DNA of 34,439 bases from a virus (taxonomy: Duplodnaviria; Caudoviricetes), in IMG/VR virus record IMGVR_UViG_3300020220_000175, positions 1-34,439 of that record. The stretch is one strand, 5' to 3'. The position numbers were made by a program, and so were the translations under genes. Of this stretch, positions 7,092 through 15,012 are shown piece by piece. How positions within the stretch are numbered: the first letter of the stretch is position 1; every line of letters begins with the position of its first letter. The notes below the pieces were generated by a model. The model saw only the letters and a list, made by a program, of their open reading frames with translations. It searched no databases and was not told the origin of the DNA.

Positions 7092-7466
7092 GGGGGCCTA
7101 ATCGGATTCGATATTCTAGACAAATGTAAAAGAGCATGACGAAGATGGTTGATGGCTTCGTTAAAAACAACCAAACCACAAATGCCAATACTAGAGCATT
7201 TGCAATGGCTGCTTGAGAAACAGTCGATCCTTAATTCACTAGGACCGTCAAGAGGGTACAGGAAGTGACTCAGATAATTCCTGACTTCTCAAAATCTGAT
7301 AGAATCGTTAAAACTAATTGACTTAGGAAACGATTTAAAAAATAAAAGTCAAGACAATTCGTAAGTTTGTTTCTTACCTTACGAAATTGTTTATGAAAAG
7401 AAACTAATCATGTAGTGCTTATACATAAGTATAGGGTACACGGGGGTTCGACTCCCCCGGCCTCCA
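7092..7466 (+). ncRNA. ssrA: tmRNA, tag peptide ANTRAFAMAA (7184-7216)
   Basis: Acceptor GGGGGCC/GGCCTCC-A with G3-U70; 5' GGATTCGA; pk1 (CGAAG/CTTCG plus TGGTTG/CAACCA); tag ORF ending in AA*; 3' T-arm GGGGG-TTCGACT-CCCCC. Confidence 0.93.
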
Positions 7467-7483
7467 TTATAAAGGATGTTTTT

Positions 7484-7705
7484 ATGAGCAATGAATATAT
7501 TCATGTAAAGAAAGTGATTGATGGTAGATGTGTTGATCTTCTGTTTACAGAAGATGAATTCATTGAAGCATCATCCCGTGCAATTGATATCAAAAATTCT
7601 AATTGCTTAGAAGATGTAACTGGTCAATGTTGGCCGGTAGATAAACCACCAAAGTGTTCGCTTTGGGATCGTATTATGGGTCGTTGTTGCCAGTGTGAAA
7701 ATTAA
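7484..7705 (+). CDS. Small Cys-rich hypothetical protein
   Basis: AAGGA SD, start MSNEYIHVKK; ends CWP...CSLW...CCQCEN. Confidence 0.7.
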   Translation: MSNEYIHVKKVIDGRCVDLLFTEDEFIEASSRAIDIKNSNCLEDVTGQCWPVDKPPKCSLWDRIMGRCCQCEN

Positions 7706-7714
7706 GGAGATAAT

Positions 7715-8029
7715 ATGGCTAATATTGTTATTACTCGTCTTGTTAGTGGTGAAGAAATTATTGCGAATGTTACTGAGGGAGAAGGTACTCTCACTCTAAA
7801 GGATCCGGCAGTTCTTCTGCCCACCCCCGAAGGTAAGCTCATGTTTGCGAAGTGGCTACCATATGCCGATATTGAAGATGGAATTACTGTAGATACCAAG
7901 CATGTTCTTTTTACAGTTCCTGCACAGAAGGAACTTGAAGAACACTACAGCACCGTCATCGTTGGTGGTCTTTTTGTGCCACCCGCCAAGAGCATTATCA
8001 ATCCGGCAGATCTGAAACTTAGCGTTTAA
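7715..8029 (+). CDS. Sm-like/SH3-fold phage protein
   Basis: AAGGAG SD; RLVSGEEIIA...LKDPAVL...FAKWLPY pattern common in T4-like phages. Confidence 0.65.
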   Translation: MANIVITRLVSGEEIIANVTEGEGTLTLKDPAVLLPTPEGKLMFAKWLPYADIEDGITVDTKHVLFTVPAQKELEEHYSTVIVGGLFVPPAKSIINPADLKLSV

Positions 8030-8043
8030 TAATTTAAACGGAC

Positions 8044-8072
8044 TTGATTATGGACATGGTATCTAGTATACT
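8044..8072 (+). promoter_or_regulatory. Sigma70-type promoter overlapped by a palindrome
   Basis: TTGATT-N17-TATACT; inverted repeat at 8046-8084. Confidence 0.6.
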
Positions 8073-8084
8073 ATGTCCATAATC

Positions 8085-8158
8085 GTTTCCGTAGCTCAGT
8101 TGGATAGAGCAGCCGCCTTCTAAGCGGCAGGTCATTGGTTCGAACCCAATCGGAAACG
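8085..8158 (+). tRNA. tRNA-Arg(UCU)
   Basis: Canonical cloverleaf, anticodon TCT at 8119-8121, A20 identity base. CCA is not encoded. Confidence 0.95.
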
Positions 8159-8165
8159 CTTCAAT

Positions 8166-8567
8166 ATGATTCTCGACTTCAATGATATTCTTCGTGATGT
8201 GAAGCCTATTTGTCTTGGTCTTCAACGACAAAAGAAGCATGTAAGTTTAATCTACCACAAGAGCAAACTTGTCTCTGTTGGTACAAATGTTTTTAAAACT
8301 CACCCATTGGCAAATAAGTATGGATATGTCATTGGGTGTGTCCATTCCGAACTAGATGCCTTCAACAAACTTCCAAAGAAGTACAAGAAGGATCTTCGTA
8401 AACTCAAACTGGTTAATATCCGTATGAATCGATTTGAGGAACTTCGTAACTCCAAACCATGCAAGCATTGTTTGCCTTGGTGCATTGAAATGTTTGATGA
8501 GATTTGGTATACTACGGATATTGGTTTTGAACTACTCTCTGATTATGAAAGGAAACTCTATGAGTAA
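8166..8567 (+). CDS. Zn-dependent cytidine/dCMP deaminase superfamily protein
   Basis: HSE and PCKHC motifs, plus VSVGTN. Confidence 0.85.
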   Translation: MILDFNDILRDVKPICLGLQRQKKHVSLIYHKSKLVSVGTNVFKTHPLANKYGYVIGCVHSELDAFNKLPKKYKKDLRKLKLVNIRMNRFEELRNSKPCKHCLPWCIEMFDEIWYTTDIGFELLSDYERKLYE

Positions 8568-8892
8568 AATTAGGATTTTGAATCTATTGGCGTGTCTTGG
8601 ACTTGGTGTTGGTTGTGGTGCATTTCTTGGAAATAATGAGGATGCTGTGTTTATATGCCTTGTGTTTTCTTGTCTGATGAATACTTGGGCATTTATTCTT
8701 CTACCACATGAACTCTATGTGACTAAGAAGGAATTGATGGACGAGATGGCTTATTGTAAGCTAGACACTGATACTCTTTTCAATCGTTACTACGATGTTA
8801 AAGAGCAAATGGAAAATGTTAATGATCGAGTGAAAAAGATTACTTATGAACTGCCGAAGAGCAATAAGGTTAAGTCGGTTCGTAAGGTTTAA
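8560..8892 (+). CDS. Two-TM membrane protein with a coiled-coil tail
   Basis: AAGGA SD, start MSKIRILNLLACLGLGVGCGAFLG; second hydrophobic segment AVFICLVFSCLMNTWAFILL. Confidence 0.65.
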   Translation: MSKIRILNLLACLGLGVGCGAFLGNNEDAVFICLVFSCLMNTWAFILLPHELYVTKKELMDEMAYCKLDTDTLFNRYYDVKEQMENVNDRVKKITYELPKSNKVKSVRKV

Positions 8893-9914
8893 AATATCTT
8901 ACCAGACTTCGGATTAATTGATATAGTTTTTGATATGTCGTTTAAAAGTCTAACAACAATCTCGTCGGAAGATGGAGTCGCCGGCACCACTTCACTTGGA
9001 ATTATATTCCTATTGGAAGCGTCCACGCATTCATTGTTTTCCGTAAATTTTGTTTTAAGATTTCCACTAACACGCAATAGACACTGAGACTTTGTTTGGT
9101 TATTGTAACAAATATCTCCAACTGTACATGACCCTATTGTAGTATCATTTACATTAATATCTGAAGACGCAACATTTGGTGCAACTTTTATTTTAAGTTG
9201 CACCAATGTTTTTATTCCAACTCTATTTTCTTCTGTCAATTCACCTTTAATTTTTATTATTTCTTTACCTTCAGAGTCTATTGTTATTTCTTCTATCTCA
9301 TATGAAGACTCTTCTCCTTGTAGTAAAATATAATCTCCAACACTAGCGCCCATGTAGGTGAATGATGTTTTTGTATTTTGTCCAAATGTATTTATTATAA
9401 AAGTAGAAGTACTATCACTACTCACTGGAGTTGAAGTAAATTCAAAGATGGGAGTTTGATTGAATTGTTTTTTAGAATAAAGACTTATGTTTTCATCTTT
9501 ATTTGTAATTGATACTACAGAACTTATAATAATAAGATTTTCTTTTTCAGTTAGAGTATATGTTCCAGATAGATCATACTTTTTATTATTTTTTTCATTA
9601 TATAATTCTGCATTAGAAACCGTGAAAGATGCTCCTATTGGAACATTTTTCCAAAACTTTATGAATTCATTTTCCGTTGAAGAAGTATTTTTCCAGTCGG
9701 AGAAATCAAAAAACGCTCCAGTTTCTCCACTATTAAAAATTATGTTTGGAGTAGCAACTAATCCAGAAACTGTGCTGACTTTATTTGTTAATGATTTTTT
9801 ATATTCAAGTCCATAAAATAAACTAACTCTAGCAGTTACTAAATTTGAATTTGGTTTAGCACTACTTTTTACTGTGCTTACTTTTACTGATTTTTTACGA
9901 TTTCCTGGGTTCAT
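8889..9914 (-). CDS. Hypothetical (likely structural) protein with a C-terminal Cys motif
   Basis: 341-aa AT-rich ORF containing GSCTVGDICYNNQTKSQC...NEC. Confidence 0.75.
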   Translation of the reverse strand: MNPGNRKKSVKVSTVKSSAKPNSNLVTARVSLFYGLEYKKSLTNKVSTVSGLVATPNIIFNSGETGAFFDFSDWKNTSSTENEFIKFWKNVPIGASFTVSNAELYNEKNNKKYDLSGTYTLTEKENLIIISSVVSITNKDENISLYSKKQFNQTPIFEFTSTPVSSDSTSTFIINTFGQNTKTSFTYMGASVGDYILLQGEESSYEIEEITIDSEGKEIIKIKGELTEENRVGIKTLVQLKIKVAPNVASSDINVNDTTIGSCTVGDICYNNQTKSQCLLRVSGNLKTKFTENNECVDASNRNIIPSEVVPATPSSDEIVVRLLNDISKTISINPKSGKIF

Positions 9915-11170
9915 GAAGCAATGAAGTTAATTGTTCCATTTCCGGTAGAAGATCTTACATATATTGATGTTAATGCACCAGTTTCTATAAATAAAGACTC
10001 TCCTGGCTCTAATGGATATCCTTCAGTAGATCTGGTTAATAGCGTTGATCCACCAACAAATATAGTAGTAGTGTTGTTTAATGCAGATTTAATATGAACA
10101 CCCGAAACTAATCTATTTGTAAGTGTTGATAACTGAGATGCAGCAATTGTAGAAAGTTTAGAACCACTATAAACAGTAGATGGTTTAGTGCTATCTACTA
10201 TTTTTACTTGTATAGTTCCATTTCCTAATTTTTCATTTATACTCGATACTGGATTTGTATTTGTTTTAATGTTATTTAAAACTGTATAAATTGAACCTGT
10301 TGCTCCTAAGTATGGAATCAATGAAGATAGATCTACATCTATATTATTTTCAACAGTTACTGGTAATGCTTCTGTTGCAGTTACTTCTATACTTCCATCT
10401 GCGGCCGCGCCCTGAACTATTATAGGGTAGTCTGAAGTGACACCAGTACCCATAATCATTAGTCCACCGCCATAATTTGCAACTCCTACCGTTGCTCCTA
10501 TGCTTACACTAAAGGTAAATCCTGCATTAGTTACTGCTACTTTAAGTGCATCACCAGAAACGCCAAGAGTTGTGCCGTCTGAAGAATATATTTTTGATGA
10601 AAGTTTAAGATCGCCGTCGTGGCCATATACTCGTATGCTGTCTGTAGATTCAGTTAAGTTAATACTACCACTAATACCAACATTTCCATATACAGATACA
10701 GAATCAGTGCTATAATTTAATCTTCTTCCTCCGGTTATTCCTATTGCTGTTGCTCCAGAAATACCAAACATACCAAATTCTGTGGTTCTTAAACCTACAG
10801 TACCAGTAACACCAACTAAAATTCCATTAGTTATACCTTGTATTGTTCCGCTTATTCCTACTGGAATTGTTGAGAATGTAGTTCCTGCTATTTTAAGGAA
10901 TGCACTTTCTGCCGATAACCCTACAGTGAATATTCCTCTTCCTGCAACGCTACCAGTAATTCCAATATTAGTTCCAGTCCAACCATAGATGCTTATGGGT
11001 AAAGGAGTAGATGTTGTTACTCTAGTCGTTGTACTGTCGTCGCCATACGCAATTTTATTTATTGGAACGTGTGACTGTGTAAAACCAGTACCACTGGTTC
11101 CCCAGTCTGTTGCTAGATACGCATCTCCGGTAGCAGTGGTAACTAAAATATTATCTAATGTGTATGGCAT
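9911..11170 (-). CDS. Putative virion/fibre-like protein with G-x-[TS]-G repeats
   Basis: Gly/Thr-rich with many GITG/GISG/GVTG/GATG; C-terminal IFVGG...GYPLEPGESLFI beta domain. Confidence 0.7.
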   Translation of the reverse strand: MPYTLDNILVTTATGDAYLATDWGTSGTGFTQSHVPINKIAYGDDSTTTRVTTSTPLPISIYGWTGTNIGITGSVAGRGIFTVGLSAESAFLKIAGTTFSTIPVGISGTIQGITNGILVGVTGTVGLRTTEFGMFGISGATAIGITGGRRLNYSTDSVSVYGNVGISGSINLTESTDSIRVYGHDGDLKLSSKIYSSDGTTLGVSGDALKVAVTNAGFTFSVSIGATVGVANYGGGLMIMGTGVTSDYPIIVQGAAADGSIEVTATEALPVTVENNIDVDLSSLIPYLGATGSIYTVLNNIKTNTNPVSSINEKLGNGTIQVKIVDSTKPSTVYSGSKLSTIAASQLSTLTNRLVSGVHIKSALNNTTTIFVGGSTLLTRSTEGYPLEPGESLFIETGALTSIYVRSSTGNGTINFIAS

Positions 11171-11172
11171 CC

Positions 11173-11214
11173 TTGATTCCTTCTAGAAGCTATGTATAAT
11201 GGTAATATACATAG
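11173..11214. promoter_or_regulatory. Divergent control region: sigma70 promoter for gp33 plus back-to-back TATACATA late-like motifs
   Basis: TTGATT-N16-TATAAT (11173-11200); TATACATA on the minus strand (11191-11198) and plus strand (11206-11213). Confidence 0.55.
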
Positions 11215-11225
11215 AAAGATAACAT

Positions 11226-11453
11226 ATGTTCATTGAATTAACCAAAGAAGACTTTTCTAAGAAAGTCGAAAATAGAGTAAAAGAAAAAGAATGCTCCTAC
11301 ATGGACGCGATAATTTATATTTTGGAGGAAAACTCTATTGATATAACAGTGTCCCCTAAACTATTATCACAACCAATAGTTGAGAAATTACAGGAAGAGG
11401 GACAGAAGTTAAATCTTTTACCAAGAAAAAAGAACTCATTACCTTTTGCTTGA
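11226..11453 (+). CDS. gp33: Late promoter transcription coactivator gp33
   Basis: FSKKVE...SYMDAI...KLLSQPIVEKLQEEG.KLNLL...LPF; immediately upstream of gp32. Confidence 0.85.
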   Translation: MFIELTKEDFSKKVENRVKEKECSYMDAIIYILEENSIDITVSPKLLSQPIVEKLQEEGQKLNLLPRKKNSLPFA

Positions 11454-11478
11454 ACGGCATATGGTAGTGTGGTATACT
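11450..11478 (+). promoter_or_regulatory. Sigma70-type promoter for gp32
   Basis: TTGAAC-N17-TATACT with extended TG. Confidence 0.65.
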
Positions 11479-11549
11479 TGTCTTGTCAGTGGTGGGGAGT
11501 TCCCACCGGTCAGTTTTAGTCCGAAGGAGATCTTCGGGAAGGAGAGTTT

Positions 11550-12461
11550 ATGAGCTCATTTAGCGATTTTAAGAAGAAGTCAAAGACCAGCATTGATGTT
11601 CTGGTCAAGAAGTTTGCAGAAGAAGAAGGCGGCAAGAAGGATTACAAGGACGAGCGTTTCTGGCGTCCTACTCTGGATAAGGCAAAGAACGGTTTTGCTG
11701 TTATTCGATTCCTCCCAACAGTAGACGGTGAGGACATTCCGTGGGTAAAGCTTTATTCTCACGCATTTCAAGGTCCAGGTGGTTGGTATATTGAGAATTC
11801 ACTCACCACTCTTGGAAAGCAAGATCCTGTTTCAGAAATGAACAGCCTACTCTGGAAGAGTGGCATGGATAGCGATAAGGATCTCGCTCGTCAGCGTAAG
11901 CGCAAGTTGAACTACATCTCCAACATTCTGGTTGTCAGTGATCCTGCCAATCCTCAGAATGAAGGAAAGGTCTTCCTGTTCAAGTACGGACAAAAGATCT
12001 TTGAAAAGGTTCAGGAGGCAATGCAACCTGAATTCAAGGACGAAGATCCAATCGATCCGTTTAATTTCTGGACTGGAGCAAACTTCAAGCTCAAGGTTCG
12101 TAATGTTGGTGGATATGTCAACTACGACAAGTCTGAGTTTGATTCACCATCACCACTCGTCGGTGGAGATGACGCGCAGTTGGAGAAGATTTGGCGTTCT
12201 CAGCACTCATTGAAGGAACACACCGATCCTTCAAACTTCAAGACCTACGAGGAACTGAAGACAAAGCTTGAGAGTGTACTCAAGGGTGATATTCGTGGTA
12301 AGGCCCCAATGGGTCAGCGAACGGCAGAAGATGTTGATGAAGAAGAACTCGCTGAAAAGCAGTGGGGTGGAACTCCAAAGACGAAGAAGCCTCCAGTTGA
12401 GGATGAGGTGGATGACTCAACTGATGCTCTTGAATATTTCAAGAAGCTCGCAGACGACTAA
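11550..12461 (+). CDS. gp32: Single-stranded DNA-binding protein gp32
   Basis: DERFW...NGFAVIRFLP...HAFQGPGGWYIENSLTT...NEGKVFLFKYG...GANFKLK...NYDKSEF; acidic tail ending YFKKLADD. Confidence 0.95.
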   Translation: MSSFSDFKKKSKTSIDVLVKKFAEEEGGKKDYKDERFWRPTLDKAKNGFAVIRFLPTVDGEDIPWVKLYSHAFQGPGGWYIENSLTTLGKQDPVSEMNSLLWKSGMDSDKDLARQRKRKLNYISNILVVSDPANPQNEGKVFLFKYGQKIFEKVQEAMQPEFKDEDPIDPFNFWTGANFKLKVRNVGGYVNYDKSEFDSPSPLVGGDDAQLEKIWRSQHSLKEHTDPSNFKTYEELKTKLESVLKGDIRGKAPMGQRTAEDVDEEELAEKQWGGTPKTKKPPVEDEVDDSTDALEYFKKLADD

Positions 12462-12465
12462 CCCC

Positions 12466-12533
12466 ACGAGAGATAGCATCTCTCGTCCGACACCCCCGCC
12501 AGCTGCAGCTGGATCACGGGGGTGTTTCTTTTT
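12466..12533 (+). terminator. Hairpin plus Rho-independent terminator after gp32
   Basis: ACGAGAGAT-AGC-ATCTCTCGT, then a GACACCCCCG/CGGGGGTGTT stem followed by TCTTTTT; lies between convergent genes. Confidence 0.85.
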
Positions 12534-14079
12534 ACATATGTTGAGTTCTCCACACCGGCATTACACCAATTGCAGTTCGTTTGAACGATTCTATTATTAG
12601 AGATTTATTATCTGTTTTTATACTTGCTGGCCTTGCTGTACTTTTTCTTTTACCTTTATCTGGAGTTATATCTCCTCCTGCATTTTTTAATTCACTAATC
12701 ATATCCTTTGTATCGTTATTTTTATTTGTCTCTAAAGCTTTATCTGAAGTTAATTCTTTCTTTTTAGTCACATTATCTTCTATTGCTTTTGAAACTTTAT
12801 CATTTGAACCTGCTTTAATTTCAGCAGGAGCTTCTCCTCTTAGGGACGCAGCTGGATTTGAAGATATAGCAGAACCTGAATCCTTTTGTGGTATTACTTG
12901 AAAACTTTCAGTTCCTCTTTCCCCTACAACAATTGGGGTTGTACTACTAACAATACCTTCGCCGCCGCCTGCAAACGCAGGAACAACTATTTTGTTTTCT
13001 TTATTGTATGTTATAGTCTTTGCTTGTACTCTATTTACCGTTCTTTGATTTAATTCATTGAATGTTAGTCTTTTAATATCTTGTAGGGTTTCACCTTTAG
13101 ACTTGTCTATGGTAATATATTGTTCTTTATTTGTGAAAGAATAATTGGGATCATCTAATTGTGTTATATTGTGTTTGAAAATTTTATTTTCAGTTTGTTT
13201 ATTAAGTTCAATATTTTTTGTATTAAAGATATTAGTTTGATCGTTGTTTACTAAAGTATTAGAAGGCTCATTCTTTAGCAACACTGTTTTATTTGTAATA
13301 TTTTCTGTATTAATACTTTTTTCTATTTTATTCTCAATACTGACGGTTCCATCTTCGTTTCTAGTTAAACTTGAAATGTTGTTATTTATTAATTCTTTGA
13401 AGATATTTTCAGATGGATTTATAGATGTATAGTTGTTTTCATTTGAAGTAATATTACTATTAGTGTCTCTCACAATAGATCGTGAATCCTGTCTTGATAA
13501 GACAGTACTATTACTGTAGTAATTGTTTGTTTTATTTTTATTTAAGTTATTTTGTGTATTTTTAATGTAGTAATTGCCAGTGTTTGTATAAAAACTATAA
13601 GGAGTATCGAATATAAAATTCATACTTTCTACTGGTTTTTTACTTTTTTCTTTTTTCTTTTTTTGTGCTTGCGTTAATGTAAAATTATTATTAAATTGTA
13701 AATTATTAGATGGATTTACTATTTTATTAATATTAAGTGGAGTTATATTTCTAATAAAAGTAGAATTTAATATCTGATCTACTGGTTTATTTTTTTTTAA
13801 TTTAACATCATATGTGTTTGTGTTATTATTAAATACAACAACTTTTTTGTATTCGTTTACTGTATTTCCATTTGCACCTTCTACTTTTACATTAATATTG
13901 ATTTCTTTGTTAGAACCAAATCCTGTCTTATTATTATTTAACTGAAGTTCATCTATAGGAGGAGATTTTATTGCTATATCTTCTTCGGTGAATCTAGATA
14001 AATTATTTAAATTAATAGAGCTAGAAAATATGTTCAAAAACTGTTCTTTTAATTTTTCTATGTCTTTTGATTCTTTCAT
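12532..14079 (-). CDS. Asn-rich tape-measure-like protein (gp29-like position)
   Basis: C-terminal PAFAGGG..IV..TTPIVVGERGTE resembles the tape-measure FAxGG...GExGPE motif; directly downstream of gp26/gp51. Confidence 0.55.
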   Translation of the reverse strand: MKESKDIEKLKEQFLNIFSSSINLNNLSRFTEEDIAIKSPPIDELQLNNNKTGFGSNKEININVKVEGANGNTVNEYKKVVVFNNNTNTYDVKLKKNKPVDQILNSTFIRNITPLNINKIVNPSNNLQFNNNFTLTQAQKKKKEKSKKPVESMNFIFDTPYSFYTNTGNYYIKNTQNNLNKNKTNNYYSNSTVLSRQDSRSIVRDTNSNITSNENNYTSINPSENIFKELINNNISSLTRNEDGTVSIENKIEKSINTENITNKTVLLKNEPSNTLVNNDQTNIFNTKNIELNKQTENKIFKHNITQLDDPNYSFTNKEQYITIDKSKGETLQDIKRLTFNELNQRTVNRVQAKTITYNKENKIVVPAFAGGGEGIVSSTTPIVVGERGTESFQVIPQKDSGSAISSNPAASLRGEAPAEIKAGSNDKVSKAIEDNVTKKKELTSDKALETNKNNDTKDMISELKNAGGDITPDKGKRKSTARPASIKTDNKSLIIESFKRTAIGVMPVWRTQHM

Positions 14080-14300
14080 CTAAATTTACCCTTTCTTGAA
14101 AGCGCATTTATCATATTTTGTTCGTTAGCAATTTTATTATTTTCACTTTCGATTTCTTGCCTCAGTAACTCTAAATATATGTCTCTTTCCCAAGGTATCA
14201 TTGATTCAAATTCATTTAAACTGTAGTGATAATGGTGTACTAGTTTAAAATTAATATTAAAGAAAGAATTTAATGTTATGTGACTGAGGCTAACCCGAAA
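14076..14300 (-). CDS. gp51: gp51-like baseplate hub assembly frame, apparently reached by -1 frameshift from gp26
   Basis: The -1 frame reads FRVSLSHITLNSFFNINFKLVHHYHYSLNEFESMIPWERDIYLELL...KGKFR*. There is no canonical start before the conserved motif. It is not in the ORF track. Confidence 0.8.
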   Translation of the reverse strand, partial: FRVSLSHITLNSFFNINFKLVHHYHYSLNEFESMIPWERDIYLELLRQEIESENNKIANEQNMINALSRKGKFR

Positions 14301-15001
14301 AAATCCTTAATCCCCCTTAAAACTATTGATCTATTTTCTCCATCGGATGTTTTATAATTTACAGTTTTTTCTAGTTTAGGCATAGTAGCAAAAAAATCAA
14401 TTATCTTGTCAAACTGTTGTTTTGTCATATTATCAACAAATTGTTTTAATTCATTTTTTTCTATACTTGAACAATCAATTTTTTCTTCTTTAGTTTCTAT
14501 GTAATCTATACAATTTATTGCAAGTTCGTAGAAATCCATTAATTCCATAGATTCTATATTATTTTCTAAAAATATTGAAATAGATGGATATTTCATTCCT
14601 ATGACTATATCATCTGATAACTTTATTTTATTGCTATGATTTTTATCCTCTACAATTTTTATTTCTTGTAGATTTATTTTAAGTTGAATTTCTTCTGAAG
14701 TTACCGGACAAATTAAAATAGGAATAGCAATTTCTTGAACTGATTTTGCTCTAAGTTTTATAAAAAGATATTCTAAGTCAAAAATTGGAATTTTTGAAGC
14801 ATCACCCAATCCTTCAAAACAAGATTCTACTACCTCCTTTACTGCTTTCATTATTCCACCATCGCCACCCATTTCTTGTGCGATTAATAGAATTTTTTCT
14901 TCTTTAACTAAAAATGGTCTGTACCATATTTTTTTTCTAGTAGAAGGGACAATATCGTGATATTTTGGTGTTGTAGATTTAAGTATATCAGAAAGACTCA
15001 T
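14276..15001 (-). CDS. gp26: Baseplate hub assembly protein gp26
   Basis: YRPFLVKEEKILLIA...FDLEYLFIKLRAKSV...MKYPS...FFATMPKL...GIKDFF. Confidence 0.9.
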   Translation of the reverse strand: MSLSDILKSTTPKYHDIVPSTRKKIWYRPFLVKEEKILLIAQEMGGDGGIMKAVKEVVESCFEGLGDASKIPIFDLEYLFIKLRAKSVQEIAIPILICPVTSEEIQLKINLQEIKIVEDKNHSNKIKLSDDIVIGMKYPSISIFLENNIESMELMDFYELAINCIDYIETKEEKIDCSSIEKNELKQFVDNMTKQQFDKIIDFFATMPKLEKTVNYKTSDGENRSIVLRGIKDFFGLASVT

Positions 15002-15012
15002 TATTTACTCCA

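Noticed and set aside
7415-7483. Track start of ORF 7415..7705
   Set aside because: It overlaps the tmRNA 3' end; the SD-supported ATG is at 7484.
8034-8240. Minus-strand ORF with FPIGFEPMTCRLEGGCSIQLSY
   Set aside because: Typical translation of an antisense tRNA sequence.
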